Assembly (NCBI GenBank): GCA_900617105.1 | Contig: UYFQ01000001.1 | Span: forward strand, 3,844,001 to 3,908,000 | Origin: Hydrurus foetidus | Taxonomy: Eukaryota | Direction: 5' to 3' | Length of the DNA stretch: 64,000 nt | Shown: positions 60,900-64,000 of the stretch, one piece after another | How positions within the stretch are numbered: the first letter of the stretch is position 1 | Layout of the letters: every line of letters begins with the position of its first letter | Notes under the pieces: generated by a model | Database searches by the model: none | Seen by the model: only the letters and a program-made list of their open reading frames with translations | What the model was told of the DNA's origin: nothing | Program-made: the position numbers and the translations under genes

Positions 60900-61880
60900 A
60901 TGTCTAACCCCCTACTTGCCCACGTCACTTCTTCGTTTGGCGCGCGTACGACGGCGGTGGAAGCGGTCAAGGGTTTGTCACTGGCGGGGCGTAGCGCTAT
61001 TGTCACAGGGGGTGCGTCGGGGTTGGGGCTTGAGACGTCTCGAGCCTTAGCCAGCGCAGGCGCTGCGCTGACGCTGGCAGTGCGCAACCTGGCGCAGGGC
61101 CAAGCTGCGGCAGACGCGCTGCGCGCCGAGTACCCGGCGGCGCAGATAACAGTCGGTTTACTGGACTTGAGCGACTTGGCCAGCGTGCGGGAATTTGCTG
61201 CGGACTGGATTCGTTCTGGCGCTTCAGCGGACATTTTGATTAATAACGCGGCCATCATGGCCTGCCCTCTAGCCCGTTCACGCCAAGGCTGGGAGGCGCA
61301 GTTTGCGACTAATCACTTAGGGCACTTTGTATTGACCACAGCGCTTATGCCAGCGTTGCTAAAAGCGGCGCAAAAAACAGGTGACGCACGGGTGGTGTGC
61401 TTGAGCTCGTCGGGACACAAAATCTCCGGCGTCGAGTTTGATGACATTCATTTTGAGCGCCGTGAGTACAACAAATGGAAGGCGTACGGTCAAGCCAAAA
61501 GCGCTAATGCGCTGATGGCGCTAGGCCTTCACATGCGCTGCGCAGGCCAAGGCATCACGGCCAACGCCGTGCACCCGGGCGGCATCATGACCGGCTTACA
61601 AAAGTTTTTGCCAATGGAAGAAATGCGGGCATTGGGCTGGCTGAAAGCCGACGACACGCCGCTGGATATTTTTAAAACACCGCAGCAGGGCGCATCAACC
61701 AGCGTTTGGGCCGCCACGGCGCCACAACTTAAAGCGCGTGGTGGTTTGTATCTTGAAGATTGTCAGCAAGGCTTGCCCGCAGAGCCAACTAACCGCGTTT
61801 CTGGGTATTCGCCGCATATTGCTGATACCTTGTCAGCTGAGCGGCTGTGGTCGGTGTCTGAGGCAATGGTTGCGGCGTAA
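60900..61880 (+). CDS. SDR oxidoreductase (retinol dehydrogenase/WWOX-like)
   Basis: TGGASGLG, NHLGHF, YGQAK and HPG motifs. Confidence 0.9.
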   Translation: MSNPLLAHVTSSFGARTTAVEAVKGLSLAGRSAIVTGGASGLGLETSRALASAGAALTLAVRNLAQGQAAADALRAEYPAAQITVGLLDLSDLASVREFAADWIRSGASADILINNAAIMACPLARSRQGWEAQFATNHLGHFVLTTALMPALLKAAQKTGDARVVCLSSSGHKISGVEFDDIHFERREYNKWKAYGQAKSANALMALGLHMRCAGQGITANAVHPGGIMTGLQKFLPMEEMRALGWLKADDTPLDIFKTPQQGASTSVWAATAPQLKARGGLYLEDCQQGLPAEPTNRVSGYSPHIADTLSAERLWSVSEAMVAA

Positions 61881-61990
61881 CGCATAATCTATTGGCCGAT
61901 TACTGCGTAAGTCGGGCACGGCGCACTTCGGCAGTGCGCGCGGTAAAGTAAGGTGCTAGTTAAACCGAAGCTTTAGCCACTTCCGACAAC

Positions 61991-63682
61991 ATGATTTCAA
62001 AACACATTCCGCAAGCGGCAGGCTTGCTTCTGGTTTTGCTTTGCCCAATCGCATATGCACAACCTCAAAGCTTTGCAGATCCAGTCAAGCTGGCCAACAT
62101 CGCCTTGGGCGACGAACAGGGATCTGTCGCGGTGGGTGTTTTAAAAGCGGGAACAGCCCAGTTTGCGTTTTTGACGCGAAACGGAAAAGGCGCAGCCGTT
62201 GCTACATCAGCAGATGGCTCGCCCGTTGCAACACCGCCCAAGGTGGTCGAGCAGCAATTGTTTGAAATAGGCTCAATCAGCAAGGTCTTTACGGGTTTTT
62301 TGTTGGCGCAAGCTGTGGAAAAGGGGGAGCTGTCATTAGATGATTCACTGGGCAAGTTGTTGGCCGGCACGGTGAGTTTTCAGTCATCTGCTACCGCTGC
62401 AATCTCTTTGCGGCAATTGATCACCCACAGCTCTTGCTTGCCACGGCTTGCACCGGGCCTTAACGAGTCCTTGGGTGGCGCCAACCCTTACGCTAACTTC
62501 ACGCGCATTGACCTGTGGAATGATTTGAGCAGCATCAAATTAGAGTCATCGCCGCCCTGCGCTGCGGTTTACAGCAATTTGGGGCTGGCCTTAGTCGGTG
62601 AATTGCTTTCCCATCGGTACAACAAGTCGTGGGCTGATTTGGTGAGCGAGCGCATCACCCAACCGCTGGGCATGAAAGATACCGTGCAGTCGCTAGGTGA
62701 CAAAACCGCCAGATTTGCGCAGGGCCATAACAACCAGGCCAAAGTAGCAGGTTGGGAATTCAAAGCATTCGCTGGTGCGGGCGCGCTGCGCTCAACGGTG
62801 AGTGACATGCTCATTTTCAGCCGCGCCATGATGGCAGGCAGCACCGGCCAGCTAGGGCCTGCCAGCCAGAGAATGCTGGAGCCGTTGGGTCAATTTCAAT
62901 TTGGGCAAATTGGCTACGCCGTCTTTATTCGGGGGGCTGGCAACAATCGAAGTTACCTGCATGACGGGCAGACGGCAGGCTACCGGTCTCAGTGGATCAT
63001 CTCGCCAGGTACCCAAGAAGCTGTCATTGCGTTGACCAGCAATTCACACGCACCGACTGCAAAAATGCAAAATCTGCTTTTGGCCAGTCTTTACCCAATC
63101 ACAGCCCAGCTAAGCAAAACTCCTGTTGATAACTTGGGCGAATATGCTGGCACTTACCGTTTGGACAAAAGCACCGCTGTAGTTTTCGTTGTCCAAGACG
63201 CCCAAATTTATCGCCGCATCACCGGCGGCGGGTTCCGTATGCTGCTGCCCGCGGGCAAAGATGTTCTTGTAGACGAAGATGCAGGTGTGCAATATGTTTT
63301 CAATCGCAACAATGGCGCGTTAGCAAGCCTGAGCTACACACAAGGCGGAGGTGGCTTTACAGCGCTAAAAACGACTGAACCCGCGCCAGCCGAAGCAGTA
63401 GCCAACCCAGAAAAAGCCAAAGAATTTGTGGGCCGCTATCTGCTGGAACGCAACTTAAGGCGCACTATTGATTTTGATGTCAAATTAGAAAGCGGCCAAC
63501 TTTTGGTTCGCAGCAGTAACTGGCCACGCAGACCAGTCTTCCCCAAGCCCGGGCAAAACGATAGATTTTTCTACGATGTACCGAATGTGGAAATCCAGTT
63601 CGAAAGAAACAGCGAAGGAAAAGTCGTTGCCCTCACTTTGCATGAGGGCGGCGTTTCAAGATTACTGAAAGTACCAGACTAG
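61991..63682 (+). CDS. Exported serine hydrolase (beta-lactamase/AmpC-like fold) with C-terminal accessory domains
   Basis: Signal peptide, SISK, YSN and HDG motifs. Confidence 0.85.
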   Translation: MISKHIPQAAGLLLVLLCPIAYAQPQSFADPVKLANIALGDEQGSVAVGVLKAGTAQFAFLTRNGKGAAVATSADGSPVATPPKVVEQQLFEIGSISKVFTGFLLAQAVEKGELSLDDSLGKLLAGTVSFQSSATAAISLRQLITHSSCLPRLAPGLNESLGGANPYANFTRIDLWNDLSSIKLESSPPCAAVYSNLGLALVGELLSHRYNKSWADLVSERITQPLGMKDTVQSLGDKTARFAQGHNNQAKVAGWEFKAFAGAGALRSTVSDMLIFSRAMMAGSTGQLGPASQRMLEPLGQFQFGQIGYAVFIRGAGNNRSYLHDGQTAGYRSQWIISPGTQEAVIALTSNSHAPTAKMQNLLLASLYPITAQLSKTPVDNLGEYAGTYRLDKSTAVVFVVQDAQIYRRITGGGFRMLLPAGKDVLVDEDAGVQYVFNRNNGALASLSYTQGGGGFTALKTTEPAPAEAVANPEKAKEFVGRYLLERNLRRTIDFDVKLESGQLLVRSSNWPRRPVFPKPGQNDRFFYDVPNVEIQFERNSEGKVVALTLHEGGVSRLLKVPD

Positions 63683-63694
63683 GCCAACTCACAA

Positions 63695-63725
63695 AAAGAA
63701 AAGGCTCCTTGCGGAGCCTTTCTTG
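63695..63725. terminator. Intrinsic terminator
   Basis: AAGGCTCC-TTGC-GGAGCCTT with A/T-rich flanks between convergent genes. Confidence 0.8.
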
Positions 63726-63731
63726 TCGAAT

Positions 63732-63821
63732 TGGCGGAAGCTGTGAGATTCGAACTCACGGAGGACTCGCATCCTCGGCAGTTTTCAAGACTGCTGCATT
63801 CAACCGCTCTGCCAAGCTTCC
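63732..63821 (-). tRNA. tRNA-Ser(UGA)
   Basis: GGAAGCT acceptor stem, anticodon loop CTTGAAA, long variable arm and CCA; 90 nt. Confidence 0.95.
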
Positions 63822-63884
63822 AAGCCTGCTAGTTTAACCTTTGTCGGACCAGCAACTAGGGCGAGCCCTCCAAAATAGCTGGGT

Positions 63885-64000
63885 TCATGCGGTTTGCAGC
63901 ATGCCTTTGGCTTCGATAAAGGCCACCACCTCAGCCAAACCGGCGTTGGTTTTCAAATTGGTCATCACAAACGGCTTAATCCCTTTGGCTGTGGTTCGCA
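63885..64000 (-). CDS. ureG: Urease accessory GTPase UreG, C-terminal fragment
   Basis: ...RTTAKGIKPFVMTNLKTNAGLAEVVAFIEAKGMLQTA*. Confidence 0.75.
   Translation of the reverse strand, partial: RTTAKGIKPFVMTNLKTNAGLAEVVAFIEAKGMLQTA

Noticed and set aside
61991..63682. True AmpC beta-lactamase resistance gene
   Set aside because: It has HDG instead of KTG and extra C-terminal domains, which fits a general serine hydrolase or peptidase.
59739..63731. Genomic island integrated at tRNA-Ser
   Set aside because: No integrase is present and I saw no duplicated tRNA 3' end. The same holds for tRNA-Thr.
63732..63821. tRNA-Sec, given the nearby selD
   Set aside because: The anticodon is UGA (reads UCA, Ser), not UCA, and the acceptor stem is a normal 7 bp.

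Overview
A mostly core chromosomal segment of a betaproteobacterium. Gene content and protein style suggest Comamonadaceae, probably Polaromonas-like (inference). In order: cdsA-like/plsC-like genes, mtgA, tonB-like, RNase II, rodA, the mla operon, an ABC pair, bolA, murA, a his operon interrupted by accessory DNA (three tandem PIN toxin-antitoxin modules plus tfoX, a small membrane ORF, a fasciclin lipoprotein), tatABC, a Rieske oxygenase with xseB-ispA-dxs, a TRAP transporter, a complete selenoneine cluster (senA, senB, senC/selD), a lamin-tail/metzincin lipoprotein, degQ-like protease, cysK, Nif3, pdxA, mscL, petABC, sspAB, tRNA-Thr, dciA-like, M23 peptidase, secA, argJ, an AAA ATPase, mutT-like, two SDRs, a serine hydrolase, tRNA-Ser and the 3' end of ureG. 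The most notable signals are: (1) a dispersed ~50-bp repeat (family A; 10 clear and 2 degenerate copies) found between genes and also in-frame inside core genes in different frames and orientations; (2) the selenoneine cluster; (3) the TA array inside the his operon; (4) a second GC-rich ~100-bp structured repeat placed just after stop codons. All alignments and family assignments were made by eye; no searches were run.
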